From: an uncultured Pseudomonadales bacterium
GTDB taxonomy: Bacteria; Patescibacteriota; Microgenomatia; UBA1400; PJMF01
Assembly: GCA_964455555.1 (NCBI GenBank)
Contig: CAYVXV010000001.1
Location: forward strand, 31,499-95,498
Reading direction: 5' to 3'
DNA length: 64,000 bases
The notes under the pieces are model-generated. The model had not been told where the DNA came from and searched no databases. It saw only the letters and a program-made list of their open reading frames with translations. This document shows, piece by piece, positions 10,241 to 19,737 of the stretch (position 1 is its first letter; each line of letters begins with the position of its first letter). The translations under genes and the position numbers were made by a program.

Positions 10241-13200
10241 CTATTGCAAGTTATTATTTGCAGCTGCTTCAATAAGTTTTTGTACATCAGCCGGGTCAAT
10301 CTGTCGCAGAACTTCCTGCGAGGTATTCGGGCCTAAGCGCAACAACAGCTCTTGCAGTTCGTTGCTGGCTCCATTGTTCATGGCAGCTTCCATAGCCTGG
10401 TCTATATTGCGGATAACCGCATCACTGAGGAAGGTTCCTTCCTGCCCTACCTGAGCCCCAGTTTCAAAAAGGCCAAAGTGCTGATGGATGTTTTTAAGCG
10501 CATTAACCGTCGGATTGTCTGCACTTAGGTTCATGCTTCTTAATTGATTGGCATAGTAGCTCCAAGGATAATCACCGGCTTCAACAATCACGTTTGTGGT
10601 GGCTTCGGCTGCGGCCTGCGCTGTTCCCTCAGCGGCATTGCTGGCGGCATCGGTTGCAGCCCCCGAACCCTCAAGACCGCGCAAGGTTTCCCGGACATCA
10701 TCGACAGTCGCTTCTGCACCGGAGGCTGCTTCGGCTGCGCCTTCTGCAGCAGCCTCATCTATGCCGGATTGGAAACCCATGCCTTCTAAGTCCTCCAGTG
10801 AGGTTGCTTCCCCTGGAACCGGAGTTCTAAGAGATGGAGTTAATTCATCAGCCGCTCCAGCATCAGCCGTTTGGTCGATCCCCTGCTCCAGCGGCAGGGC
10901 GGTGCCTGCCTCATCGCCGGAAGCAGTCTCAAACGCCGGTGTGCCGGCTGCCTCAGACCCCTGTCCTTGAGCTAAGTTTCTAATCTGGTCGCCGGCTAAT
11001 AAGTCTAATAAATTAGCCAACAAGACTACTCTGGCAGCATCAGAAAGGCCTTCTCCGGCTAACCGGGCTTGCTCACCAAATTTTGAGTCAGCAATCTTGG
11101 CAGCGTGCTCAGATGCTCTCTTGAGGATTTTAACGGCATTCTGGCCTCTGTCCCGATTTGCTTCCCAATAATCAAGCAGTTCATCAAAAGACCGCGCTTC
11201 GCCCTTGGTAGCGATTTTCGCTCCCTGCTCAATGGCAAATGAGGATGTAGCAAAACCGATCCTGGCAGCAGCCACCAATGGGCCGCCCAGACTCAGCAGA
11301 ACGACTCCCGGAAAGTAGGCAGCCCGCTTCATGGCGCCCTCTTGAACAAAGATGGTCCTTTTAAGACGCTCCCGGACTCCTTCAAAATCAAATTCGCCTT
11401 TTACCTCACCGTATATCTGCCGTTCTCCATACCGGTTGACCGGAACTTTATATGGATTGGCAGATTGCAGGACGGCAAACAGAGTCGCGTTAAACCATTT
11501 GCCTTTTTTGTCACCTTCCCATAAGCCAACGCGGAATTTGCGATTTTTGTATTTGACAATATCTGCCATCAGCTTGTTTGGCAGTTCATTAGCTTTCCAA
11601 TAATCCTGCAGCCTCCGGTTGTAGCCAATTCTGTCTGTGAGCAGCAAGGCCACAACCTGTTCGTGCCCGATTTCGTCTGCACCGCTGACAAAATTGCGCC
11701 TCCATTCATCCAGGATGCTGTGCACTTCAGTTTCACCGGCATGGTACTTTTCAATTGCTTCCTTTACCTCTTGGCTTTCAATGCCTTCCATAAAGTCGGC
11801 TAGGCTTTGTTCCAGTGACCGCTTGGCATTGCCTTGGATCCTTTCAACAAAAGCCTCAGACTTTTCCCCCGGTTTGCGCATAGCTTCTCCAAGGCGCTGG
11901 CGGAGACTGGGGCCGGTTTCCGTCAAATCAAAGTACTCTGCTGTCATCTCACGGAAAGTGATTTCCTGGCCATCAATTTCATATTTAAATTGATCCTGCC
12001 CGTCAGTCTTGGCAGCAATTTCATCCAAAATTCTTTGCCTGCTTTCACCACTCGGCCTATCTTTGGCAAACAACAAATAGGCAGCCAGATCCTGGGGGCT
12101 GAATTGGTCTAAGTTCTGGCTTTCGTCCTCAAGGGCAGCTGTAATTCTTGCTGATAGCTCAGCATCATGAATGGCGGAAACTCCCTTGCTCTCCAGGAAA
12201 GTCTTCAACTGCTCAGTCCGAACCCTTTTAGCCTCAGCCTCAGCAGCGGACTGCTCTCTTCTTTCTTTGATTTCGCGTGATTTAGCCCTCGCTGCATCTA
12301 AGGGGTGCGGCCTATTCTGCCATTTTTCACTCATCCGCTCTCTAAACCCAGGTCCGGGCTCAGCAATTCCCTCCGGCTCTCCGGCCAGGTCAAAATATTC
12401 CTTTAAAATCTCACTAAGTGGGGTGCTGACCCCATCCTCCAACTCATATGCGGGCATTGGGCTGAGGTCGTTTTCTATATAAGCCATCACAGTACCGACC
12501 TGCTCTTCTGAAAGCCCGGTCTCTGTTGCATAAAGAAGCACGCTGACCAGTTCGTGGACTTCCACTTCAGCGATATTGCCGGCGCTAATTTTCTCTCTGG
12601 CGGCTTCAATAATCTCTTGGTCATAAATGCGGCTATAGCCATGATCGCCGAGGAAATCCTTGAGCTGCTGCTGCCGCTCCTGGCGTTCTCTGAGGGCTGA
12701 GCGCCTCTCCTTGATTCTATTTAACTGACTGCGAGCTGAGTCAATCGGCCTGGGGCGGTTGCTCCAAGCCTCAGTGGCACCCTTCCTGGCCCTGGCTAAA
12801 ACTCCAGGTTGAAATTGCCGGCCGATTTCAACCAACTCATCCACATTCCATCCCTGATTTTCTAAAATAGGTGCATATTCCCTAAAGTCAGCAGGCGACA
12901 TTTTTCCGTACATATACATTGCCACCACCTGATAAACTTGCGGGCCAAGGGCATCCATAGGCTGATTGTCAAAATTGCTTTTCCACCCATTTAACTGAGC
13001 CTCATTGATGTCTGCCAAATTTTGACCATTTGACTGCTCATTGAACTTTGCGGCAACTCCCCACATCTTTACAATATCCGGGTTAGCCTCACTCATCTCT
13101 TCACTAAGCCTTCTGGCGTCACGCTCAGATTTTGCAGTTTTCAACCTGCCCCAAATTTCGTGGGCGGTCTGAAAACGGGCATTCTCTTCCTTGTTTTTCA

Positions 13201-13897
13201 ACCGAAGGTAATCCTGAACTGCCTCAAGTGAATTTTCTCCTTGTTCTCCGAAGCGCTTGTCTTGCTGGAGGTATGTCTGTACCTCGGAAAAACGAGCATG
13301 CTGTTCATCGATTTTGCCGGCTAGATAGAGCTGAATAAGTTTGGCGGCAGTTTCGGGGTTTATTGAACCATCCTCTGCCACTTCAAGATCCATAGTATCG
13401 AGCTCTGATGCATACACCCCCAGAGTGTCTGCCGGAGCCGTAGCATAAACCTTTAATGCCTCTTTTAAGCTTTCCAGCTTTTCCTGCTCTTCTTGGGTAA
13501 GTGGTGCATGATTATCAATTGCTTCTCTAGCTCTGCTGCGAACTCTTTCTGCCACACCGGGGCGGGCCTCACCATCCTCAGTTGCATCTGCCTCATCCTC
13601 ACGTGAGGGGACAATCCTTGAGCGGAGCTCGGCGGCTTTTGCTTTAGCCTTGGAGCCTTGTTCTTTAATAAAACTGGTGAACCTGCCCAGGTTTTGGCCA
13701 ATTCTACCTTCCCTGCTAAAAAACTGGCGGGTTGAACTGAGAAAATTCTTGAGCCTGGATGGCCTTTCAGGGGCCTCTTCTTCTGGGTCGCGCGGGGCAA
13801 ATTCAGGCAGCGGCTGCGGTGTATCAGGTACTGCTGGTGTTTCCGTTCCAAAGTTTTGCACTTCTTCTTCTCTTGGACCTTGAAATTCTCCAGACAT
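10241..13897 (-). CDS. Giant low-complexity, coiled-coil-rich protein of about 1218 aa, function unknown
   Basis: Continuous ORF 10241..13969. The likely start is the Met at 13897, which has an AAAGGAG SD upstream (MSGEFQGP...). Glu/Ala/Arg-rich with an internal ~95-aa duplication (WSNRPRPIDSARSQLNRIKERR... vs WQNRPHPLDAARAKSREIKERR...). One hydrophobic segment (AAYFPGVVLLSLGGPLVAAARIGFA) and an Ala/Gly/Glu-rich C-terminus. Confidence 0.65.
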   Translation of the reverse strand: MSGEFQGPREEEVQNFGTETPAVPDTPQPLPEFAPRDPEEEAPERPSRLKNFLSSTRQFFSREGRIGQNLGRFTSFIKEQGSKAKAKAAELRSRIVPSREDEADATEDGEARPGVAERVRSRAREAIDNHAPLTQEEQEKLESLKEALKVYATAPADTLGVYASELDTMDLEVAEDGSINPETAAKLIQLYLAGKIDEQHARFSEVQTYLQQDKRFGEQGENSLEAVQDYLRLKNKEENARFQTAHEIWGRLKTAKSERDARRLSEEMSEANPDIVKMWGVAAKFNEQSNGQNLADINEAQLNGWKSNFDNQPMDALGPQVYQVVAMYMYGKMSPADFREYAPILENQGWNVDELVEIGRQFQPGVLARARKGATEAWSNRPRPIDSARSQLNRIKERRSALRERQERQQQLKDFLGDHGYSRIYDQEIIEAAREKISAGNIAEVEVHELVSVLLYATETGLSEEQVGTVMAYIENDLSPMPAYELEDGVSTPLSEILKEYFDLAGEPEGIAEPGPGFRERMSEKWQNRPHPLDAARAKSREIKERREQSAAEAEAKRVRTEQLKTFLESKGVSAIHDAELSARITAALEDESQNLDQFSPQDLAAYLLFAKDRPSGESRQRILDEIAAKTDGQDQFKYEIDGQEITFREMTAEYFDLTETGPSLRQRLGEAMRKPGEKSEAFVERIQGNAKRSLEQSLADFMEGIESQEVKEAIEKYHAGETEVHSILDEWRRNFVSGADEIGHEQVVALLLTDRIGYNRRLQDYWKANELPNKLMADIVKYKNRKFRVGLWEGDKKGKWFNATLFAVLQSANPYKVPVNRYGERQIYGEVKGEFDFEGVRERLKRTIFVQEGAMKRAAYFPGVVLLSLGGPLVAAARIGFATSSFAIEQGAKIATKGEARSFDELLDYWEANRDRGQNAVKILKRASEHAAKIADSKFGEQARLAGEGLSDAARVVLLANLLDLLAGDQIRNLAQGQGSEAAGTPAFETASGDEAGTALPLEQGIDQTADAGAADELTPSLRTPVPGEATSLEDLEGMGFQSGIDEAAAEGAAEAASGAEATVDDVRETLRGLEGSGAATDAASNAAEGTAQAAAEATTNVIVEAGDYPWSYYANQLRSMNLSADNPTVNALKNIHQHFGLFETGAQVGQEGTFLSDAVIRNIDQAMEAAMNNGASNELQELLLRLGPNTSQEVLRQIDPADVQKLIEAAANNNLQ

Positions 13898-14037
13898 ATT
13901 CTCCTTTGCAGGTGCTTTGTTGCTTAGACAATAATACAAAAACCTAACGCATGGCGCGCCTTGTTCCATTATGTCAATTTTAGAAGGGATTTACAAGTAG
14001 TTGCTACCAAGAAACCTCTATATTATTCCAACTCAAA

Positions 14038-15468
14038 TTAAACTTTTTTTAATTGCTGGGTGCCGTCAACATCTACAACCTGATAGCCAAGCTCCTCAAT
14101 TTGGCTACGAAGCTCATCGGCCCGCTGCCAATCCTTGCTAGAACGGGCAGTTTGGCGCTCATCCAAAAGGGTTTGAATTTCTGCAGGATAGGAATCTACC
14201 GGCAGTTCTGTTTCTTTTAGATGTGTGTGAGCATTTTCCAAGTCCAACCCCAGGATTTGGTCAAATTCATAGAGCAGCTCCAGTTTGACTGCCTGAGGCA
14301 AGCCCGACTTCACCACTTCCCAAACCACGGTCACTGCCTCTGATGTTGAGAGGTCATTCTCAAGGTGTTCATAAAAAGCCTGCCTGAATTGTGCCTCTTC
14401 CTGAGTGGCTTCTCCACTCGTTGAGTTGCCTTCAGCCTTCTCCTGCAAATCGGCAACAACTTTAACCAATTTTACATATGCTTTCTGCGTACCCTCTAGA
14501 GAATCCCAAGTAAAGTTCATTTCACTGCGGTAATGAGAGGTCAAAAACAACAGCCGCAGCGCCATTGGGTCAAAGCCGCGCTCCAAAATATCATCTATAG
14601 TAAAAAAGTTGCCCAAAGATTTGCTCATTTTCTCACCCTCAACCTGAAGGAAGTTGTGATGAACCCAATAGCGGACAAACGGCCGGTCCCCCGTGGCCGC
14701 TTCGGCTTGGGCGATTTCATTGGTGTGATGGACGGGGATGTGGTCGATGCCGCCTGTATGGATATCCAACTGGCTGCCAAGATATTGATTAGCCATGGCT
14801 GAGCACTCAATATGCCAACCCGGAAAACCGCGCTCGCTCCAAGGGCTGGGCCACACCATGGCCCTGTTTTCACCTTCGCGCTCAAATTTCCAAAGTGCAA
14901 AATCGGTAGGGCTGCGCTTGCCTTCGACAATACCAATGCGGGCACCCTCCTGCAATTCTTCGGCCTTCAAGCGGGCCAGCTCACCGTAACCGTCAAGTTT
15001 AGCAGTATCAAAATAGATGCCGTCCCCTGGAATTTCATAGGTAAAGCCTTTTTCTTCCAAAGCTTTTACCATATCTATTTGTGCCTCAATATGTTCTGTG
15101 GCTCTGCAGCTAACATCAGGCCTCTTATTGCCCATTAAGTCCATACTCCTGAAAAAATATGTTTCAAATTCACGGGCAACATCCCAAACCGATTTGCCGT
15201 ATTTGCGCGCACCTTTTTCCAGCTTGTCTTCACCTGTGTCTGCGTCCGAGGTAAGATGGCCGACGTCAGTCACATTTTGGATAAACCTAACCTGATAACC
15301 TGCGTGTTCAAGTGTACGCACTAAAATGTCATCCATGGTGTATTTTCGCAAATGGCCCAGATGGGTAAAATCATAGACGGTAAAACCGCAGGCATAAAGT
15401 TTAACCTCAGGCGGATTGATCGGCTGAAATTCTTCAACCTCGCGGCTCATGGTGTTATATAAACGCAT
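14038..15468 (-). CDS. cysS: Cysteinyl-tRNA synthetase
   Basis: 476 aa. Class I HIGH-type motif (THLGHLRKY), KMSKSLGN motif, and a Cys/His zinc site (CGFTVYD ... HIECS). Confidence 0.9.
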   Translation of the reverse strand: MRLYNTMSREVEEFQPINPPEVKLYACGFTVYDFTHLGHLRKYTMDDILVRTLEHAGYQVRFIQNVTDVGHLTSDADTGEDKLEKGARKYGKSVWDVAREFETYFFRSMDLMGNKRPDVSCRATEHIEAQIDMVKALEEKGFTYEIPGDGIYFDTAKLDGYGELARLKAEELQEGARIGIVEGKRSPTDFALWKFEREGENRAMVWPSPWSERGFPGWHIECSAMANQYLGSQLDIHTGGIDHIPVHHTNEIAQAEAATGDRPFVRYWVHHNFLQVEGEKMSKSLGNFFTIDDILERGFDPMALRLLFLTSHYRSEMNFTWDSLEGTQKAYVKLVKVVADLQEKAEGNSTSGEATQEEAQFRQAFYEHLENDLSTSEAVTVVWEVVKSGLPQAVKLELLYEFDQILGLDLENAHTHLKETELPVDSYPAEIQTLLDERQTARSSKDWQRADELRSQIEELGYQVVDVDGTQQLKKV

Positions 15469-15558
15469 AACTGTATCCTAACAAAAATTACCAGACTTTG
15501 TGCCGGGAATTTGGGTTGCCGTTTTTAAAAAATCTGCTGTGAAATTTTGCTGGGCTGC

Positions 15559-16167
15559 CTAATTGGCGCCGCTTGGCCCGCGGATAGTTTTCCGGTCGCG
15601 CTCAATCTTCTGGGCAGCCTTCTGTTTGCCTGAACCAGCGGGTCCAACCGGACCTTTTTGCGGTCCTGATGGAATCACATATTCCTCAGACCGCTGGGCC
15701 TCAAGCTGCTTTCTCTGCTCAGTCTCTTCTTCGGCTGCCTGCCTTTTTTTTAGCTCTGCCTCGTACATTTGCTGAGCCACTGCCCGCTCGTCCGCCGTCA
15801 GCTTCTCGTAGCGGCTGTGAGCCTGCTTTCTCTTTGACATCTCCTCCGGGTCTTTGGCTTCCTGATTTAGGCCAAGCCAGTTAGTAATGTTTAAAAGGTT
15901 TTTGGTTTCGTCTAAAATATCTTTGGGTATAAGTTTAAGCTCATCCGAAACCGTGCCGATCGGGCGGGGCTCCTTTGGCGTGCTGGTTTGACCAACAGAC
16001 TGGCTGGCTGGCACCGGACCGGAAGAACCGGCCTGCTGCTGCGAAAGAGCCTTTTGCTGCAGAGCCTGCTCCATTGCCCTCTCTTCCATATGCTCGCCAA
16101 AGTCGCTGTTTGCTCGGTTAAAACCACCTCCTTGCCGGGGAACCGCTGATTGCTTGGGGCTTGGCAT
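15559..16167 (-). CDS. Hypothetical Gln/Glu-rich, probably disordered protein
   Basis: 202 aa low-complexity ORF on the same strand as its neighbours. No family recognised. Confidence 0.4.
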   Translation of the reverse strand: MPSPKQSAVPRQGGGFNRANSDFGEHMEERAMEQALQQKALSQQQAGSSGPVPASQSVGQTSTPKEPRPIGTVSDELKLIPKDILDETKNLLNITNWLGLNQEAKDPEEMSKRKQAHSRYEKLTADERAVAQQMYEAELKKRQAAEEETEQRKQLEAQRSEEYVIPSGPQKGPVGPAGSGKQKAAQKIERDRKTIRGPSGAN

Positions 16168-16178
16168 AATTGTCTTTA

Positions 16179-16613
16179 TTAAACCTTGGTGTGTTTTAAC
16201 TGCTCAATCTGATATCCGTCCTGCTGCTGTTTCTGCTGCTCTTCTTCAGACGCTTCTTCCTGCTGCTGTTCACTGCGGGCTTGATACTCCGGAGATGATT
16301 GAATCGAGGCGATTTCCTGGCGCTGCTTCTCAAGCTCTTCAAGATCGGCGGCTTCGTTCTGTTGAGACAACTGCTGATACTCAGCTTGTTCCTGGGCTTT
16401 TCGGGCAGCCTCTGCCTCTGTATGTGCTTGATCTACCAAAACAGCTTCAGCTGCTGCTTCAACCACCGGTCCCGGAGCCTGGGCATCAACCCCTGCTTCT
16501 GCTTTTCTTTTTTTGGCTGATTCCAACAGTTTTTCCAGTTCAGAAAGAGGGTTGTTTTCAGCGGATGAATCTTGTTGATCTTGAAGATCTTGGTTTTGCG
16601 AAGGGTCACTCAT
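16179..16613 (-). CDS. Hypothetical acidic Gln/Glu-rich protein
   Basis: 144 aa, very acidic and Q/E-rich, directly upstream of the previous ORF. Confidence 0.4.
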   Translation of the reverse strand: MSDPSQNQDLQDQQDSSAENNPLSELEKLLESAKKRKAEAGVDAQAPGPVVEAAAEAVLVDQAHTEAEAARKAQEQAEYQQLSQQNEAADLEELEKQRQEIASIQSSPEYQARSEQQQEEASEEEQQKQQQDGYQIEQLKHTKV

Positions 16614-16707
16614 ACTGCCTTTTAGGTGTTAATAGATAAACTACACGATACTAGAACCCAGCCCAACGGGCAAGCCTGCCGGCTGGCTCAACCAAGCTGC
16701 TGGAACT

Positions 16708-17046
16708 TTACGCCCGCTGCAGCTTGAGGCGGCTGTTGCGTTTCAGCGTGCGGCGTTTTTCGTAGTTTTTCCTGAGTTGCCTCATAGCTACGCTCGTAGC
16801 GTCGACAACTGCTTCATACATATCCACTGCCGTTTTGCGGACTACCACATCTTTGCCGGGAATGGATATGTGGAAAGTAACGGAGTTGGCTCCGGGGTCG
16901 TTGGTTTTTTTTGGAATGTTTTCCAAATGAACCCTAATTTGTGTAACACCTTTGCCAAGCTTAGAAAGCTTAGTGGCTTGCTGCTCAATATAGGAGCGCA
17001 AAGCCTGTGTTACTTTGAGACGCTTAGACTCGACAATTACTGTCAT
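16708..17046 (-). CDS. hpf: Ribosome hibernation promoting factor / RaiA family (short form)
   Basis: 112 aa. KVTQALRSYIEQQATKLSK...SVTFHISIPGKDVVV...DMYEAVDATS matches the sigma-54 modulation / S30EA family pattern. AAAGGAG SD 7 nt upstream. Confidence 0.8.
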   Translation of the reverse strand: MTVIVESKRLKVTQALRSYIEQQATKLSKLGKGVTQIRVHLENIPKKTNDPGANSVTFHISIPGKDVVVRKTAVDMYEAVVDATSVAMRQLRKNYEKRRTLKRNSRLKLQRA

Positions 17047-17063
17047 GAGTCTCCTTTCTATAC

Positions 17064-17097
17064 AAAAAACCGCTCTCCCTTTAACAGGGCTGAGCGG
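17064..17097 (-). terminator. Second hairpin plus U-run immediately upstream of the hpf SD (terminator or attenuator)
   Basis: Minus-strand CCGCUC-AGCCCUGUUAAAGGGA-GAGCGG-UUUUUU, then GUAUAGAAAGGAGACUC-AUG (hpf start). Confidence 0.4.
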
Positions 17098-17142
17098 CTA
17101 TAACTTGTATGCGCAGTTGCCTCATCGACAGGCTCAATATAA

Positions 17143-17170
17143 CAAAAAAACCCGCCGGTGTCAGCGGGCA
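17143..17170 (-). terminator. Rho-independent terminator downstream of recR
   Basis: Minus-strand CCCGC-UGACACCG-GCGGG followed by UUUUUUU, 40 nt after the recR stop. Confidence 0.6.
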
Positions 17171-17208
17171 AATTTTCAGGCTAAAGTTAATATTTTACGG
17201 ATACATGG

Positions 17209-17817
17209 CTACATTTTTCTTCTGCCTTCAAGAGCGCGGGTCAGGGTGACACCGTCTGCATACTCAATATCAGCGCCTATTGGCAAGCCGTGGCCGATCC
17301 GGGTAATAGTAAGGTTTTTGCGACCTTCAGACTGCCTGAGATACTCTGTAATGTAGAGTGCGGTCGCCTCACCTTCCATGGTGGGATTGGTAGCTACAAT
17401 CAGCTCGTCAACACCTTCCAAGCGCTTAGAAATATCATAGAGAAAGAGCTGTTCGGGGCCAATATTGTTTAAAGGTGCAATGGAGCCATGCAAAACGTGA
17501 TAGCGGCCATGAAACGCGCCGGAGTTTTCTATGGCAATAACATCCAGCGGCTGCTCTACGATGCATAGCGAATTAAGGTCGCGGCTTGGATCATCACAAA
17601 TTGGGCAGGGATCAACCTCACTAACATTGTGGCAGCGGCTGCAAAGCACAGTGTTCTTCTTCAACTCCAGCAGGTGTTTGGAGAACTCTTCCAACTGGTG
17701 GTCAGGATTATGGAGTAGATAAAAAACCAAGCGCTGCGCTGACTTCGGACCGATGCCGGGAAGCTTTTCAAAACTTTCAATTAATTGCTGAACTGAACGG
17801 GGTAGTTTCATTGCCAA
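17209..17817 (-). CDS. recR: Recombination protein RecR
   Basis: 202 aa. HhH (LPGIGPKSAQRL), C4 zinc finger (CSRCHNVSEVDPCPIC) and Toprim region. Confidence 0.9.
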   Translation of the reverse strand: MAMKLPRSVQQLIESFEKLPGIGPKSAQRLVFYLLHNPDHQLEEFSKHLLELKKNTVLCSRCHNVSEVDPCPICDDPSRDLNSLCIVEQPLDVIAIENSGAFHGRYHVLHGSIAPLNNIGPEQLFLYDISKRLEGVDELIVATNPTMEGEATALYITEYLRQSEGRKNLTITRIGHGLPIGADIEYADGVTLTRALEGRRKM

Positions 17818-17884
17818 CCAATAGTACTAGGTTACTTCCGGGTTGTCTACAGGTCTGTAGGTTGTGAATTATTGAACAGATATT

Positions 17885-18514
17885 TCAGATTTTGAGCTTA
17901 GCAGAGACTACTTCCCAGACCTCATCATCCACTTCATCGATAGTCTTGGAAGCATCAATTTTGTGCCAGCGGTTTTCCGAACCGCCAGCCAACTCTAGAT
18001 AGGCTTCTCTGACCCGTTGATGGAAATCCGTATCCTCCATCTCAAACCGGTTGGAGCCGCCATCGAGCTCCCTTCTCTTTAGGCCGGTTTCCACGGGAAC
18101 ATCTAGCAATAGCGTGAGATCAGGATAAGTGTCTTTTGTAGAAATATTGTTGAGCTGTTCAATCATATCCTTGCCAAAACCTCTGACCATACCTTGATAA
18201 ACCACAGAGCTATCCCTCGACCGGTCCATGAGCACGATCTTGCCAACTTCCAAAGACGGCAGGACAAGCTCCCGATAAATTTGCGCGCGGGCTGCCTGAA
18301 ACAATAAGACCTCGGTGGTATATGCCATACCGACATTTTTTGATGACAGCACCACTTCGCGGATTTTCTCGCTAATCACCGTTCCACCCGGCTCCCTGAG
18401 CACCAACACATCTTTGCCGACCTTGGTCAGCTTATCGCGCAGCCGGACAATCTGGGTGGTTTTACCACTGCCTTCTCCGCCTTCAAAAGTAATTAAGAAA
18501 CCTTTATCTGCCAT
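17885..18514 (-). CDS. tmk: Thymidylate kinase
   Basis: 209 aa. P-loop FEGGEGSGKTTQ, DRSRDSSVVYQG lid region, and the LID motif. Confidence 0.9.
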   Translation of the reverse strand: MADKGFLITFEGGEGSGKTTQIVRLRDKLTKVGKDVLVLREPGGTVISEKIREVVLSSKNVGMAYTTEVLLFQAARAQIYRELVLPSLEVGKIVLMDRSRDSSVVYQGMVRGFGKDMIEQLNNISTKDTYPDLTLLLDVPVETGLKRRELDGGSNRFEMEDTDFHQRVREAYLELAGGSENRWHKIDASKTIDEVDDEVWEVVSAKLKI

Positions 18515-18525
18515 ATTAAAGTGAG

Positions 18526-19596
18526 CTAATCAGCTGCTCCTGCAAATATTAATACTTCCCGGCCAGGATTAATGCGCTTAACCTGAAACTCTCGCAGGCC
18601 GGCTTCGCTTAAATTACCTATAAGATCACTATAAACTATTTCAGCCACTCTATCATCATCTTCAAAAACTTGCAGCATCAACCAAGCTTGATAGGCCTCA
18701 TACCAATCACCTCCCAATTCTTTGGGCTCGTCTACATCCACAACCTCAGCAGGACTATAAAATCTGCGTGTGCCGAATTGGCCACGCTTGCCCTTGTTTG
18801 GCCCACTGACTACTGCCGGCCCATCAAATTGAGATTTGCAGGCTTCAATTGCTTTATCATAACGCTCAGCGATAGCTTTGTTTTTCATTTCATCGGTCAA
18901 GCTCGGGTCATTAAGAATATCTTCATAGCGATCTTGCAGCAATGACGGGGGGTAGCGCAGGTTGTTGCGGGCTATCTTTTCCATAGAAGACTTGACCGGA
19001 TGCCTTCCCAAAATGCCAAACAGTACATATACATGAGCTACAACAGTTTCAAGAATTGCCATTTTTTCTGCTGGATTCAGTGCTTTCCACTCTTCCTGAT
19101 TCTCCGGGTTCAGCAACCTTGCTTCATAATTAAGTTGATCGCGGAAATGCTTAAAAGTTTTTTCTTCGTGTGCTGTTAAATCCTTTTTCTCATTATTGTG
19201 GCCCAGGTGAGAAACCAACGAAACTCGGCTGGCTTCAGCTAAAGCCGCTGCCTGCTGCTCTACCCCGGCCTCATCAATCGCCAATTCTTCACCAAACTCG
19301 AGAGAAATTGCATTCAAAACATCTTGAAGGAATATTAAAACATCAGCCAATTCCTGATGGCGATACTCTGACCTTCTGGAAACATCAGCAAAATAGCCAT
19401 ACTTATCAGAGCCATTAAGCTCCTCAATCTCACCCCAAAGAAGGTGAAAGGTTTGTTCAGGAATTCGTTCATGGGCAATTGACAAGGTCGGCCGGTCAGC
19501 GCGGAAAGCTTGAGATCCAAGCCTCACTAAAGCCAACGAAGACTGACTTAGAAGCTCACGAGAAAAATAGTAGCAGCCGGATTCCTCATTAGTCAC
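18526..19596 (-). CDS. Hypothetical protein with putative tandem MazG-like NTP pyrophosphohydrolase domains and an unknown C-terminal extension
   Basis: 356 aa. EExxE...ELADVLIFL and a second EKMAILETVVAHVYVLFGILG...KIARN block resemble the MazG all-alpha NTP-PPase EExx(E/D) helices. Sits in the tmk-dut nucleotide cluster. The assignment is tentative. Confidence 0.4.
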   Translation of the reverse strand: MTNEESGCYYFSRELLSQSSLALVRLGSQAFRADRPTLSIAHERIPEQTFHLLWGEIEELNGSDKYGYFADVSRRSEYRHQELADVLIFLQDVLNAISLEFGEELAIDEAGVEQQAAALAEASRVSLVSHLGHNNEKKDLTAHEEKTFKHFRDQLNYEARLLNPENQEEWKALNPAEKMAILETVVAHVYVLFGILGRHPVKSSMEKIARNNLRYPPSLLQDRYEDILNDPSLTDEMKNKAIAERYDKAIEACKSQFDGPAVVSGPNKGKRGQFGTRRFYSPAEVVDVDEPKELGGDWYEAYQAWLMLQVFEDDDRVAEIVYSDLIGNLSEAGLREFQVKRINPGREVLIFAGAAD

Positions 19597-19737
19597 AATG
19601 AAAATAAAACCACAACATGTTGTATGCGCACAAGGACTAAATTACAAACTATTGTGTTGTAAGAGAAATAATTTCCGAGGCAATCAGTCTAAAAAGCAAC
19701 TTTGAGTAAGATATTTTTGGACAAGCAGTTTCGCTAA

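Noticed and set aside
10215-13947. Multiple plus-strand ORFs (for example 10596..10970, 11637..11993, 12171..12482) overlapping the giant gene
   Set aside because: All are antisense frames of a GC- and Ala-rich coding region with Ser/Pro/Ala-rich nonsense translations. The minus-strand 3.7-kb ORF is the real gene.
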